DNA from: Vicugna vicugna | Lineage: Eukaryota | Assembly (NCBI GenBank): GCA_013265495.1 | Contig: MU058456.1 | Span: forward strand, 372,001 to 436,000 | Direction: 5' to 3' | Length of the DNA stretch: 64,000 bases | Shown here: positions 63,191 through 64,000 of the stretch, one piece after another | Layout of the letters: the number at the start of each line of letters is the position of its first letter | How positions within the stretch are numbered: the first letter of the stretch is position 1 | The notes under the pieces: model-generated | Databases searched by the model: none | What the model was told of the DNA's origin: nothing | What the model saw: the letters and a program-made list of their open reading frames with translations, nothing else | Program-made: the position numbers and the translations under genes

Positions 63191-64000
63191 GTTTATGGGT
63201 GAGGGGGGAAATCTGTTCTGCAAATGTCTTTTTATATCCTTTTACATATTAAGTCAAGAAAACAGAGTCCCTGCTGAATGGATATGTAATCTAATGTATA
63301 TGTGGACTCGAAAAAGTTGTTCCAAGTGGCAATATGTTGGCATGTTTAAGAAAATGCTTCAGATCAGATTGCTGGGTTCAAATCACAGTTCCACCACTCA
63401 CTTGCTTTGTGACCTTTGGCAAGTTACTTGACCTTGCAGGTCCTCAGTTTCCTACTTTATAAAGTGGGGCTAATAGAGTCTGACTCATAAGGTTAAATGA
63501 GAACATCCATAGATGCTTAGGGCTGAAGTGATTACAGCCATTATCATTCTTCCTGTTAGTAATTCAGATCACGTCTTTGCTTCTTCTTTCCTGGTGCACT
63601 GAAAAGTACCCCTCCTCCTCTTTCTTGTGAATGGCTTGCTTAAGTCATCATTTCACTTCAGCTGTAGCGAATCAACCACATAGGGGCTCAGATAAAGACC
63701 AAGACTCCTGGCTAGAAAAGCAATTGTGAGGCTCAGGCTGGGATTCAGACTGCCCCACTGTGCTCTCTCTTCAGCCTTGCTCTTACAACTAGCCAAGTCA
63801 CTAGAACTGTCCTTTTGCCTCAGCAGGTCTTCACGGCCCTGCAGATAATTCTGAAGTGTCGCAATGAAAGCCTGCCAGCCAGAGCTGTTTTGCAGTAAGG
63901 CTGTCTGTGGCAATGGGATCACATTATATTTCCTTCACCATCATCTTAGGGGAAGGAAACTGATCAGGACAAAGCTTGCTGTCCAATATGATGAAGCACT

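Overview
Mammalian genomic DNA, most likely a camelid (alpaca/llama/camel), judged from five tRNA-Ala-derived SINEs and cetartiodactyl-type L1 3' ends. It is repeat-rich (L1, L2, MIR, MLT1 LTRs, MER/Tigger DNA transposons) and has no confidently intact host gene. The only long ORF (20582-22600, minus) is the 3' half of L1 ORF2. The main hidden signal is a chain of decayed, splice-site-bounded plus-strand exons at 8.2-23.4 kb. Translated across stops and frameshifts, they reproduce the kinesin motor-domain elements in the correct order, including the long loop-6 insertion typical of kinesin-6 (KIF20A/KIF20B). This looks like a fossil intron-containing kinesin-6 paralogue, and further candidate exons lie up- and downstream. 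Other notable items are a perfect 43-bp inverted copy inserted into a (TA)n tract, a young L1 with an apparent 3' transduction and a duplicated 5' junction, and an old ~190-bp local duplication inside an L2. Protein alignments were made by eye against remembered sequences. Repeat boundaries and subfamily names are approximate and unverified.
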